From: an uncultured Acidobacteriota bacterium
Lineage (GTDB): Bacteria; Actinomycetota; Acidimicrobiia; Spongiisociales; ZC4RG35
Assembly: GCA_963828465.1 (NCBI GenBank)
Contig: CAWHEU010000022.1
Coordinates: 256,001-320,000 of the forward strand
Reading direction: 5' to 3'
DNA length: 64,000 nucleotides
Part shown: positions 11,015-21,553 of the stretch, one piece after another
Position numbering within the stretch: the stretch's first letter is position 1
Layout of the letters: each line of letters begins with the position of its first letter
Position numbers and translations under genes: made by a program
Notes under the pieces: generated by a model
What the model saw: only the letters and a program-made list of their open reading frames with translations
Database searches by the model: none
What the model was told of the DNA's origin: nothing

Positions 11015-12550
11015 ATGACGGCCAAACCCAATGTCCTGTTTATCACCGGGAATGGTCACGGATTGGGTCACCTCACCCGACAGATGGCCGTTGCCAGGCA
11101 AGCACACGATCGATTCATCCCGATCTTCTTGACTATGTCACAGGGGTTTCCGATAGTTCGAGAGTATGGCTGGGTCGTTGAGTACTTACCCTCATACACG
11201 AGACTTGGCATGGCCAGGGGCGACTGGGATCCGTTGTTCGCATCCCGGCTTTTTGCATTGCTCCAACACACCAAGCCGAGAGCACTGGTCATCGATCACA
11301 TCAGTCCGCCGCCCATCCTTTCGTCTATCAGGGCGGGATGTCAAGGTATCGAGTTCATTTGGTCACGTCGTGCGATGTGGCGAGAGGGGCTCAACATGGG
11401 AGCGATCCGGCGCTCCGGGTATTTCGACATCGTGGTTGAGCCGGGTGACGTGGCCAGCCCGATCGATATCGGGTTGACCACTGAGTATCACGACAACGTG
11501 ACCTATGTGAGACCTATCGTGCTTGTGGGGCGGGGGGAGCACACAGAACGAGCTGAGGCGCGCCGAGCACTGGGGATTCCTCTGGAGGGGAGGGCGGTGC
11601 TGATACAACTGAGCGACGACGATCCTGCGAAGCTGTCAGCTCTCATTGGTCAGGTACGTGACGTCGTGAGATCAGCCGCCGGGGACGAGATCGTTCATCT
11701 CTTCGCGCCACTTCACGCCTTGTACGGAGGAGCCGCCTCAGAGGTGAGCGATGTGATCATGCGCCCCATCTACCCAGTATCTACTCATCTCAAAGCCTTC
11801 GACGGGATCGTATCTACTGCCGGCTACAACTCATTCCACGAGTCCGTCGCCAGTGGACTGCCAGCTGTATTTATCGCACGGGACACGGACTCGCTGGACG
11901 ATCAGTTCCGAAGAGCGAGATTCGCGGAACTGTGTGGGCGGGCCTTCATCGCGCAATCTGCCTTCGACGCAGAGTTCGAGAAAGCCGTTGAACGAATGTT
12001 GTCACCATTCGAGACCAATGTTGCAGCGCGCGTGACGGAGGACTTAGGAGACTTCGAAGGTGCTGAGCAGTTCGCAGACCTGCTCGAAGAGTGTTGTAAA
12101 AGGCAAAATAGTCAGCCCTTTAGTGAGGGTGAGGCAGTGAGACATGAGGATCCTTCGGCTCCGGTTCTTAAGGGTTTACTCTCCGGCCGGAGTCTCAAGG
12201 AAGGGGTCGAAGGCGACGCAGACACGGTGGTAATTGTTGCTCTGGGATACGACCAACTCACCTTCGAACGCCTGACCAATCAGATCGACGTAATGCAGGA
12301 GAGCACGAAGAGTTTCAGACCGGTGTTTCTTGTTGACGACGTCGACACTCGTTCGCTTGACGATTGCAGATTCCTCTATGAGACCATTATGGCCCCCTCG
12401 GCTTATGCGATGGTTGGATCAAGAAGTTATGAAGCCTACGTGGAAGACTCCATCGAAGGACTCAGGTTCCGTTACCAACCTATCAGACTCATAACTCTGG
12501 CCCCTGACCGCATGGTGAATGCCAGTATGGTGCTGGGGAAGGAAGTGTAA
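11015..12550 (+). CDS. GT-B fold glycosyltransferase (GT28/MurG-like C domain) with extra C-terminal domain
   Basis: NGHGLGHLTRQ, FDGIVSTAGYNSFHE, DDQFRRARF; paralog of 25452-26876. Confidence 0.8.
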   Translation: MTAKPNVLFITGNGHGLGHLTRQMAVARQAHDRFIPIFLTMSQGFPIVREYGWVVEYLPSYTRLGMARGDWDPLFASRLFALLQHTKPRALVIDHISPPPILSSIRAGCQGIEFIWSRRAMWREGLNMGAIRRSGYFDIVVEPGDVASPIDIGLTTEYHDNVTYVRPIVLVGRGEHTERAEARRALGIPLEGRAVLIQLSDDDPAKLSALIGQVRDVVRSAAGDEIVHLFAPLHALYGGAASEVSDVIMRPIYPVSTHLKAFDGIVSTAGYNSFHESVASGLPAVFIARDTDSLDDQFRRARFAELCGRAFIAQSAFDAEFEKAVERMLSPFETNVAARVTEDLGDFEGAEQFADLLEECCKRQNSQPFSEGEAVRHEDPSAPVLKGLLSGRSLKEGVEGDADTVVIVALGYDQLTFERLTNQIDVMQESTKSFRPVFLVDDVDTRSLDDCRFLYETIMAPSAYAMVGSRSYEAYVEDSIEGLRFRYQPIRLITLAPDRMVNASMVLGKEV

Positions 12551-12551
12551 G

Positions 12552-13742
12552 TTGACGATCGGGAAACGAAAATGGATCGCTGTGGGCTTGGGCGTTGTCG
12601 CCTTGGCTCTGGCTGTGGGGGCATGGTATTTCGGAGGAACCGACGCCCTGCTCGCTGTAGCTCTCGCCGCGATTGTTGTCGGAGCCGCAGTCGTCACATA
12701 CACCGTCGTTCAGACCGAGCGCCGGCTTCGCCAGGATCTTCGACGCGAGATTCAACGGAACGTGGCCTGGTCACACACCGCGCTTCAACAGCGTTTCGAC
12801 CAGACCCGTGAGGAACTGAGGCGCGAACTCAGGGGGCAGCTCAGGAACGAGCTCAAGCGAGAAATCAAGGAGGGGCTAAAGAGGGAGAGCGCCGAACTCA
12901 GGAACGGCGTCCAGGGGACGTTGTCACGTTTCGAGGCAAGCGTGATGGCTGAGCTGGAAAGGAAGCTGGAACGTCCAGGTGAACAGGCCGAAGCGTTGCT
13001 TCGAGCGGTCAAGGCAGGATATACGCGATTGGAACTCGAACAGGAGCGTCAATTATCGAGCCAAGGTCGTCGCCTGGATGGCGTTCGCCGGACAATGGTG
13101 CGCCACTTCAAGCATTCACCCGCTGAGATCGATGCACTGCTTCAGGTGCACCGTCGGACAGAACTGGACGATCCAGTTCCCCTCATGGGAGGGTGGGCAT
13201 TGTCCCCTCGCGGGATGCTTCAAGCTATCGACCTAGTCATACGGCCTGAGGTGTCATTGGTCGTCGAGTGTGGCTCTGGGTCGTCAACGCTGTTTTTGGC
13301 CAGGGCCCTTCAACTCAAAGGCTCTGGGAGACTGATCGCGTTCGAGCACCTAGCCGAATACTCAGAGAGAACTGCTCTGGCGCTCAAGCAGCACGGGCTT
13401 GAAGGTGTTGCTGAGGTCCGCCTCGCTCCACTCGAGGAAGTGGAGCTGGATGAGAACTCCTACATGTGGTATGCCGAATCCAGCATCGACGATCTGAGCG
13501 ACATAGATGTGCTGATCGTTGACGGGCCCCCTGGTTCAACTGGGAACTGGGCCAGGTATCCAGCATACCCATTGCTCCGCGACAGGCTGGCACCTAGTGC
13601 GCGGATTCTTGTTGATGATTTACAGCGAACTGAGGAGAGATCGGTCGTGGATGCCTGGATTGAGCTCGGAGGATTATCTGAAATGGCGGCTCATAGCCAG
13701 GATCAGGCGATCCTTCGGCGCGACGCATCCGGGGATCGATAA
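12552..13742 (+). CDS. Membrane-anchored coiled-coil class I methyltransferase
   Basis: Two N-terminal TM helices, E/R/L-rich heptad region, then GGWALSP, VVECGSGSST, FEH, IVDGPPG..ARYPA, VDDLQR; TTG 12552 follows AAGGAAG. Confidence 0.8.
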   Translation: MTIGKRKWIAVGLGVVALALAVGAWYFGGTDALLAVALAAIVVGAAVVTYTVVQTERRLRQDLRREIQRNVAWSHTALQQRFDQTREELRRELRGQLRNELKREIKEGLKRESAELRNGVQGTLSRFEASVMAELERKLERPGEQAEALLRAVKAGYTRLELEQERQLSSQGRRLDGVRRTMVRHFKHSPAEIDALLQVHRRTELDDPVPLMGGWALSPRGMLQAIDLVIRPEVSLVVECGSGSSTLFLARALQLKGSGRLIAFEHLAEYSERTALALKQHGLEGVAEVRLAPLEEVELDENSYMWYAESSIDDLSDIDVLIVDGPPGSTGNWARYPAYPLLRDRLAPSARILVDDLQRTEERSVVDAWIELGGLSEMAAHSQDQAILRRDASGDR

Positions 13743-13762
13743 GCGTTGGGGCCTGCCAACCG

Positions 13763-15404
13763 TTAAGTGAGAAGCCCGTCCTCTATTTGCGGGTGTTCGT
13801 TTAGCCATGAGGCGTATGCGTGTGCTGCGAGGATTCCGCGGCTGGGACCCGTATGTCTCATGGCCTCAGCGAGCCCGCCCATGTCAGCCGTCATAAATAT
13901 TTGTCTGAGGCGTGGACCCAGGAGTTCTATGGCCGGGTCAACGCGTGCAATCGTGTTAGCGACCTGCTTGAGAGTCATCGAGTGATACGCCGCCGTCTGC
14001 TCCTTCATCTCGGATTTAACCTGTTCGTCGTTGGTGGATGGAATAAGTCCGAGATCTGCGTCCACCAATGAAATGAGCCGGCGGTAGAACTCTGCCCCTC
14101 GCACACGGTGGACTTGAGGACTCAACGCAGCGGTTATGGAGTCACGGCTCAGGAACGGCAGGAACACCCTGACTTCAGGCCCGAACAGCCGCATCGGGGA
14201 CAAAGAGATTCCTCTCGCTGTTCGAGTCAGAAGGATTGCCAGTGTCTGCCAGTTTGGTGAATCTGTGCATGGAGCAATCGCCTTGTCAAAGTCGTCAAAG
14301 GCGATTGCATTGAACATCGCCCTCGCCGCACCGCTCCACACATCCTCTTGGAGTGCGCTCCGACCGCCTAGGCGTTGCCAGAGTGCATAACGTGCGTTCA
14401 AGTCTTGTCCGGACTGATCGTCGTCGGGAACCTGCAACAGACCCTTCAGCAAGATATCGCCTCCGAGGCCGTCGACGATCGGGTGTTTTTGTTTGCGGAT
14501 ACCCGATGCCAGCGGCTCTAACCAAGGATGCAGCCAAGTCGCGTGGTGAAATCTCCTGAGGGCAGTCAGTAGCTCGAAACGCTGTTGACTCAGAGTCGGC
14601 GTTGTTTCTCGGTGCTCGGATCCTAAGTGTTCTGCCACAGTTCTGGCTATTGACGCGTCTGTGTCCACAGCCAGATGTTTCTTGGTCGTCCAAGTTTGCA
14701 CACGTCTACGCCGCCGACTGGCAAGTGCAGCCAGCAACCTTGAATCCCAACCCCCGCTGAGCGTGTACACGGGATTGCTCTCTGACCGTCCTGGGAGGGA
14801 AGATCGAATAGCGGAGATCAGCATGCGGGGGCTACCTCCGGCATCCCCTTCAGGGGGAGACCCGCGTTCCAGTCGGACCGAACCGTTTGACACGAGTGCC
14901 GAGGAGCACGCTGGGAGGCTCTTTATTTCCTCGAACTGGGATCGACCCGGTGTTGGGAAACCCAGGAGGATGATCGACGCCCAAGCGCTGACGTCGGTGC
15001 GAGAGGCACCGGAAACCTTGACCAGCAGGGGCATCCAGTTTGAAAACCAAACCGTCCCCTCGTGCTCGACGTAGTAGAGCTCGTGCGCGCCAAGCCTGTC
15101 GTTGTGAAGTATGACCCCGCTGTGCAAGGTTGGCAATGCCCGGCGCCATAGCGTCGTCCTGGACGTCGTCCCAAGACCGAGGCCGTGCGATGTCACTGAT
15201 CGGACTCCAATACCAACCTCGCGTGGACCCCGAGTGCCAGGTCTTGAGCTTCTGATTGCTCATGATGGCGAGCTGATCGGTGTCAACCGTGACTCTAAGA
15301 TCCGGTGCGAGGTCGGACGCCCCACCTCGGGCCGATCTCGGACCAATAACTCCGAAGACGAGGGGTTCCGCATCGAATGTGATTTCGGTGGACAAGTTTG
15401 TCAT
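13763..15404 (-). CDS. Asparagine synthetase-like (ATP-PPase) amidotransferase, frameshifted near 15195
   Basis: DRLGAHELYY, TLSGGWDSRLL (PP-loop), DGLGGD, FLPFLS; N-terminus in ORF 14850-15404. Confidence 0.7.
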
Positions 15405-15529
15405 TCCAGCATCTCAACTATGTGGTGCCACAAGTGCCCATTCTTGATGACAGTCGTGCGCCCCGGCCCGACAAGCAGCTCGGCGCTCCGTACTTGCGGG
15501 ACGCAGAAGTCTTCGCATAGGTTGAACCG

Positions 15530-16502
15530 GTGCCACGCAAATACCTGGTGACCGGTGGAGCCGGATTCATCGGATCGAACTTCGTCCGCCACGTCCTCGA
15601 CAACGAGCCGGGAGCGGAGGTGACCAACCTCGACCTCTTGACCTACGCCGGGGTCAAGACGACCGTCGATGAGCTGGACGCCTACACGGGGCATCGTTTC
15701 GTTCTGGGCGATATCCGTGACGCCGATCTCGTGGAGCTCGCTCATGGAGGGGGTCGACGTGGTGGTCCACTTCGCCGCCGAGAGCCATGTCGACCGTTCC
15801 ATCACCGGGCCCTCGGTGTTCCTCGACACCAACGTGGTGGGCACCGGGGTTCTCCTCGATGCCGCCGCCCGGAATCGGATGCCACGCTTCATCCACGTCT
15901 CCACCGACGAGGTGTACGGGTCGGTGGCCGACGGATTCGCCCCCGAGACGGCCCTTCTCGACCCTTCCTCTCCCTACTCGGCGTCGAAGGCCGGGAGTGA
16001 CCTGATCGCCCTCTCCTACCGGGTCACTTTCGACTACCCGGTGATCGTCACCCGTTGCACCAACAACTACGGGCCGTATCAGTTCCCGGAGAAGGTGATC
16101 CCGCTCTTCGTGACCAATCTCCTCGACGGGCACAAGGTGCCGGTGTATGGCACGGGCTCGAACGAGCGAGACTGGCTGTACGTCGGCGACCATTGCTCCG
16201 CCCTGCACCTCCTGGTCGACGAGGGGCAGCCCGGGGAGATCTACAACATCGGGGCAAACGCCCAAATGTCCAACATCGACCTGACCCGGCGCCTTCTCGA
16301 GATCATGGGCAAGGACGAGACGTCGATCGAGTACGTCGAGGACCGAAAGGGCCACGACCTGAGGTATGCGGTCGACTCATCGAAGATCCGTGCTCTTGGC
16401 TGGGCGCCGGCCCACTCCTTCGAGGAGCGGCTTGCCGACACGGTGGAGTGGTATCGGAGTCGCGACGACTGGTGGCGGCCGTTGAAGCAGGCCGTCTCAT
16501 GA
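15530..16502 (+). CDS. rfbB: dTDP-glucose 4,6-dehydratase, frameshifted near 15740
   Basis: [58 protein letters not shown]. Confidence 0.95.
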
Positions 16503-17374
16503 AAGGGATCGTGCTCGCCGGAGGGGCCGGGACCCGGCTCGACCCGATGACCCGAGTGGCGAGCAAGCAGCTGCAACCGGTCTACGACAAGCCGATGATC
16601 TACTACCCGCTGGCCACTCTCATGGAAGCCGGCATCTCGGAGATCCTGATCATCTCCACACCGACGGACACACCCAGGTTCGAAGAGCTGCTGGGAGACG
16701 GATCTCCCTGGGGGCTGTCGATCGAGTACGCCGTGCAGGAGAAGCCCGGCGGAATCGCCCAGGCATTCCTCGTCGGCGAGAGCTTCGTCGGTGACGAGCC
16801 CGTCGCGTTGATCCTCGGAGACAACATCTTTCACGGCGCCCTCGGGCTGGCCGAGATCGTCGGTGCATTCACCGAGGGAGCCATGGTCTTCGGGTACCCG
16901 GTCTCCGATCCGCTCCGATACGGCGTCGTCGAGCTGGCCGCTGACGGGAAGGTGCTCTCCCTCGAGGAGAAGCCGGAACGCCCAAAGTCCAATCTCGCCG
17001 TGCCCGGCTTCTATCTCTATGACGGGCGGGTCGTCGAGATGACCAAGGGTCTTCGCCCCTCGGCTCGGGGTGAGCTCGAGATCACCGATCTGAACCGGGC
17101 CTATATGGAGGAGGGGAGTCTGCGCGCCGTGCGACTGGGGCGGGGGATCGCCTGGCTCGACAGCGGGACCCACGACTCGCTGCTCGAAGCGGCCAATTTC
17201 ATCGCCACCATCGAGCACAGGCAGGGTCTCAAGATCGCCTGTCTCGAGGAGATCGCCCTTCAACAGGGTCTGGTGACCGCTGAGGAGATGAAGGCCACTT
17301 TGGCCGCCATGCCCAACTCCACATACCGGGACTACGTGGCCGGAGTGCTCGAGGAGCACCGATCGGCCCAATAG
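16499..17374 (+). CDS. rfbA: Glucose-1-phosphate thymidylyltransferase
   Basis: [52 protein letters not shown]; ATGA overlap with rfbB. Confidence 0.95.
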   Translation: MKGIVLAGGAGTRLDPMTRVASKQLQPVYDKPMIYYPLATLMEAGISEILIISTPTDTPRFEELLGDGSPWGLSIEYAVQEKPGGIAQAFLVGESFVGDEPVALILGDNIFHGALGLAEIVGAFTEGAMVFGYPVSDPLRYGVVELAADGKVLSLEEKPERPKSNLAVPGFYLYDGRVVEMTKGLRPSARGELEITDLNRAYMEEGSLRAVRLGRGIAWLDSGTHDSLLEAANFIATIEHRQGLKIACLEEIALQQGLVTAEEMKATLAAMPNSTYRDYVAGVLEEHRSAQ

Positions 17375-18201
17375 CGATTCTCGGCAGCGGGGGTCAGCTG
17401 GGGACTGCCTTCGCCCGTCTCCTCGGCGAGGATGCGATTGGGCTCTCACGAGCTGACCTGGATCTAGCCCGACCCGAAGACATAGCCCCGACCCTCGATG
17501 CGCTCGACCCTGCGACAGTGATCAACTGTGCCGCCTACACCGCCGTCGACCGAGCTGAGGAAGAAGAGGATCTGGCCACCGTGATCAACACGGTGGCAGT
17601 AGAGGTGCTTGCCGAGTGGGCCTCGCTCCGCTCCCGTCCTCTGCTCACCTTCTCCACCGATTATGTCTTCGACGGGGCCGCAGACTGGCCGTACGTCGAG
17701 TCGTCTTCGACAAACCCGATCAACGCCTACGGGCGATCCAAGGTGCTCGGCGAATCCCTGGCCGCAGGCCACGGGGCTCTCGTGGTGCGGACGTCATGGG
17801 TGATCTCGGGCAGCCACCCCAACTTCGTCGCCACCATCCTCCGGAAGGTGAGAGAGCAGGAGCTGCGGGTGGTGGACGACCAGCGGGGCAACCCCACGGT
17901 GGCTACCGATCTCGCCCGGGCCAGCTATGCCGCGCTGAAGTCTGGAGCAGCTGGCCTGCTCCACCTCACCAACCAGGGGGAGACCACGTGGTACGAGCTG
18001 GCCAGGACCAGTGTCGGGCTAGCCGATCTCGACCCCTCCAGGATCTCGCCGTGTGAGACCCGGGACTACCCGACCCCAGCCCGCCGGCCGACGTATTCGG
18101 TCCTCGCATCGGAACGGCTCGAGGAGATCGGGCTCGATCCGCTTCCCCACTGGCGCGAATCGATCGGGGAGCTCGTGGTCGAGCTCAAGACCTGGGTCTG
18201 A
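17362..18201 (+). CDS. rfbD: dTDP-4-dehydrorhamnose reductase (start uncertain)
   Basis: [11 protein letters not shown] lies upstream of the track ORF, then NCAAYTAVD, STDYVFDG, YGRSK, RTSWV, ARRPTYS. Confidence 0.9.
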   Translation: MGPIAILGSGGQLGTAFARLLGEDAIGLSRADLDLARPEDIAPTLDALDPATVINCAAYTAVDRAEEEEDLATVINTVAVEVLAEWASLRSRPLLTFSTDYVFDGAADWPYVESSSTNPINAYGRSKVLGESLAAGHGALVVRTSWVISGSHPNFVATILRKVREQELRVVDDQRGNPTVATDLARASYAALKSGAAGLLHLTNQGETTWYELARTSVGLADLDPSRISPCETRDYPTPARRPTYSVLASERLEEIGLDPLPHWRESIGELVVELKTWV

Positions 18202-19045
18202 GCCAGGACCTGGTCGAGGCGCTCTCGACCTCCTTCATCAGGGTCGCCGCCTCGTCGCGGGCCGCCACCATCCTCCGAATCCAAGCCACCGCTGTTCTGG
18301 CTCGCGCCAGGTTGCGGAGATAGTCCTCGCGGCCGACCGTGTCCAGCATCGGCCCGTCGGGCCCGGCGTCCCAGCGGTCGAGAAATCGTTCGAGATTCTT
18401 CCGGTACAGCGCCGTCAGACCGGGCACCTCCTTCATGCTGGCCTGGGAGGCATGCTCCACGAGGACTCTGCTGTCGACAACCACGTCGAGGCCATGGGCC
18501 CAGACGGTGAAGGCCAGGTCGAGATCCTCCCCGCTGGCTCGCTCATATGCCTCGTTCCAGCCGCCCAACGCCGTCCATCTGGGATCTCCTCAACACCACC
18601 ACGACGCCACTGGGGAACTCGCCAAAGGGAAGCAAGGTCTCGACGGTTTCGCCGGGCTCGTTCCTGACCGTCACCGGGTTGCCTGCCGCGGTTACCGCCG
18701 GCAGCACCATCCCGGTCTGCAGCTGCGTGTCGAGTATTTCGGTGAGCGAGACATCCCATCCCGCGGGCAGAACCGTGTCGTTGTTGACGAAGGCCACATA
18801 GGTACCGGTGGCTACGGCCAGCCCTGAGTTGTTCCCGGCGGCAAACCCGAGATTGTCCGAGTTGATCACAGCCTTGTCGGCCGCCGCAGCGGCATATTCG
18901 GCGCCGCCGTCGGTCGAGCCGTTGTCAACGATGATCAACTCGTAGTCGACGAGGTGTTCCCGAACGGATCGAGTCGCACACAGCGGCTGGTCAGCTCCAG
19001 CTGATTCCAGGCGAAGACGACAACGGAGAGATTGGGAGTCTTCAC
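18185..19045 (-). CDS. GT2 glycosyltransferase (rhamnosyltransferase-like), two frameshifts
   Basis: GTG 19045 gives MKTPNLSVVVFAWNQLELT; IIVDNGSTDG, NLGFAAGNN, FVNNDT, GGWNEAY..SGEDLDL. Confidence 0.8.
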
Positions 19046-19058
19046 CGGCTTCGTGAGG

Positions 19059-20739
19059 CTAGGCACACGCACCTCCGTGGAGGCGGTAGATGGTCACCTC
19101 GCCGCCCGGCTGTTCGTATTCGAAGGGGTAGAGGTTGGTCGCCCAATCGAAGTTGAACGGGACGGGCTTCGGCCCCAGGACGATACGGCGAGGCCTGGAA
19201 CACGACCTCACCACGTTCCTCCAACTCTCTGTAGTAGGCAGCCGCCGCCGGCATTAGATGCTCGTCGACGAACAGCCGGTCGTAGAACAGACTCGAAGCC
19301 GATACGAAGCACCATCCTTCTTCTTCGTATTGGTCGACCATGCCTGGGCGAGCCGCGACGGTGGACTGGTTGCCGTTCAACGAAGTCACCTGCCATCTGC
19401 TCTCGACCGCACGAGTGCTGGGGTCTTCGTCGATCATGGGCCGCACCAGCACACCCGAGTTGATGAAGCGTGTGCCGATCGGCAGGTTGTCCCGCATCCA
19501 TTGCACCGCCTCTGCCCGGGTGTCTGTGCGACCCAGCAAGTTGTTCATGTGGGCCACGTGAACCACTGATTGGAGACACAAGAGAACCGTGACCGCCACC
19601 AGGATCGGCGTCGGTGACCAGCCACGACGCTCGGCGATCGCGTCGGTCAGGCGAACCGCTCCCAGGGCGGCGAGGAGGAGCACGAAGGGAAACACCGGAA
19701 GCAGCCACCTGCCGAAGAACGCTGATTGCTCGCCCATGAACAAGACATAGACAAAAGGCGCCGGAATCAAGATGGCGGCGGTCTGTCGGTCCCGGAACAC
19801 AGACCAGATAGCGCCTAGGACTGCGAGAGCGCAGGCCAGCCAGCCAAGACCCCAGGTGAGCACCCAGCTGTAGTAGAGATGACCGTTCTCCTGTGCCTGT
19901 CCGATCTTTGGCTCCCCGCCTCCAGAAGGGTCCAATCTGAGCACGTCATCGAGAACACCCTTCGTGTCCGTCAGCAGAGTGGGGACGGTCAGCAGGAAGG
20001 CGGCGATCGAGGATGCTCCGGCAATGAGGAGGCCGATCACCGCACGGCCGTGCTCGGCGCGCCAATGGAAGAAGGTGGCTGCAAGGAGGGGCAGGATCAC
20101 GATGCCTGCGGTGTATTTGGTGCCGCTTGCCAGCCCCAGGCCGACGCCGGCGAGGACGTAGCCACCGAGGTGATGGTTCCTCAGGACGAGCACGGACCCG
20201 AGCAGTGAGACGGTGCCCGCAACCATGGCGGCGACATCGTTGGTGGCGAAGTGTGACCAGTGAACGGGGAGGAACGACACGGCCATCAACGACGCGGCCA
20301 CGAGCCCGGCGCGGCGATCGATGAGCACACGCCCCACCAGGTACACGACGATCGCGCCAACGGCGCCGACAACGGCAACCACGACACGAGCCACCAGATA
20401 AGGCGCGGCTGGATCGGACGCTGCGATGGCTGCCACACCGTCGCCGCCGCCGAACCAAACGGCGAACGCGACGTAGAAAACATAAGTGATCAGAGGCGGG
20501 TTCAAGAAGTAGCCAGGATCGAACCCGCCGGTCTGATGGAATCGAACTGCTCGAGGCACGAAGTGGGACACCTCGTCGGGATTGAAGACCGCCGGGAGGC
20601 CATGGTCGATGCTCCATATGCGTGCCCCGAGAGCGACAGCAAAGATCAGGGCCAGCGCCACCCATTGCCAAACAGCCCCGTTCCCCGATCTCTCGACGGA
20701 GCCCAGCTCACCAGCTTCCGTCGGCGGAGCCACTGCCAT
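19059..20739 (-). CDS. GT-C / GT39 (ArnT-like) membrane glycosyltransferase, frameshifted near 19150
   Basis: ATG 20739 after GGAGG; NPDE, YFLNPPL, SHFATND, GLASGTKY, RWLLP, DTR; multi-TM. Confidence 0.8.
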
Positions 20740-20807
20740 TGCCTCCGAATGTAACGACGCGCTTCCGCGGTTGTGTCCAACGAGCGCAGTTCTCTTACAG
20801 TCTCTCT

Positions 20808-21542
20808 GTGCCGGCCCCCCATACGACAATCGCGATGCTTCACGTCGGTCGTTGTGGCAGCACGGTCGTGGCAGAGATGCTTGGCCGGCACCCGGCAATC
20901 TCGTGGGATGGTGAGGTGTTCGAGGACAAGGTCCGATCAAAGATCGGGTTCGAGGACGTTCCACCCCGAGAGTTCCTCCTGAACCGGATCGCTGACACTC
21001 CTGAGATGTATGGGTTCGAGATCAAATACCTCCCTTCGCACCACCCGCGCATCCTGGGTCTCGCCTTGGGGGGTCTTCTCGATCTCACCGACTCGGTCGG
21101 CGTCAACCATTACGTGACACTGCACCGGCACAACTACCTGCGTCGCGTCGTGTCGGGGGTGATCGGTCGCGAGAGGCGACGTTGGCACCGGACCTCGGAC
21201 GAGACCATGCCGGACACAAGGGTCCGCGTCGATCTGAATGCAGTGCCGTTTGGCCCTCGCCAGCCGCTGCTCGCGGTGTTCGAGGAAATGAGGCAGGGGG
21301 AGGCGGATCTGAAGTCGGCCCTCTCAGACCGGGAAGCCCTACATCTCACCTATGAGGACGACGTGGCGGTCGATCCAGTCAAGGCGTACGCGTCCGTGTG
21401 TCACTTCATCGGCGTTGCCCCAGAGGAGGTGCGGCCCGGCCTCGACCGCACCGGGACCGACCGACTCGAATCAATGGTGTCGAACTACGACGAAATCGTC
21501 GGCTTGTTGTCTGGCACCGAATATGCGTGGATGCTGGACTAG
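20808..21542 (+). CDS. Sulfotransferase (Stf0-like)
   Basis: MLHVGRCGSTVV..LGRHP...GEVF, GFEIK, LHRHNYLRRVVS, LTYED. Confidence 0.75.
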   Translation: MPAPHTTIAMLHVGRCGSTVVAEMLGRHPAISWDGEVFEDKVRSKIGFEDVPPREFLLNRIADTPEMYGFEIKYLPSHHPRILGLALGGLLDLTDSVGVNHYVTLHRHNYLRRVVSGVIGRERRRWHRTSDETMPDTRVRVDLNAVPFGPRQPLLAVFEEMRQGEADLKSALSDREALHLTYEDDVAVDPVKAYASVCHFIGVAPEEVRPGLDRTGTDRLESMVSNYDEIVGLLSGTEYAWMLD

Positions 21543-21553
21543 AGCTCGCCGAC

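Noticed and set aside
13763-15404. Lasso peptide cyclase interpretation of the asparagine-synthetase-like gene
   Set aside because: No precursor peptide, RRE/PqqD or B2 protease nearby; the context is glycan synthesis
16055-16498. N-terminal extension of rfbA (similar extensions at 43947-45200, 47727, 61077 and 19042-20964)
   Set aside because: Off-frame overlap with neighbouring genes; family-typical starts lie downstream
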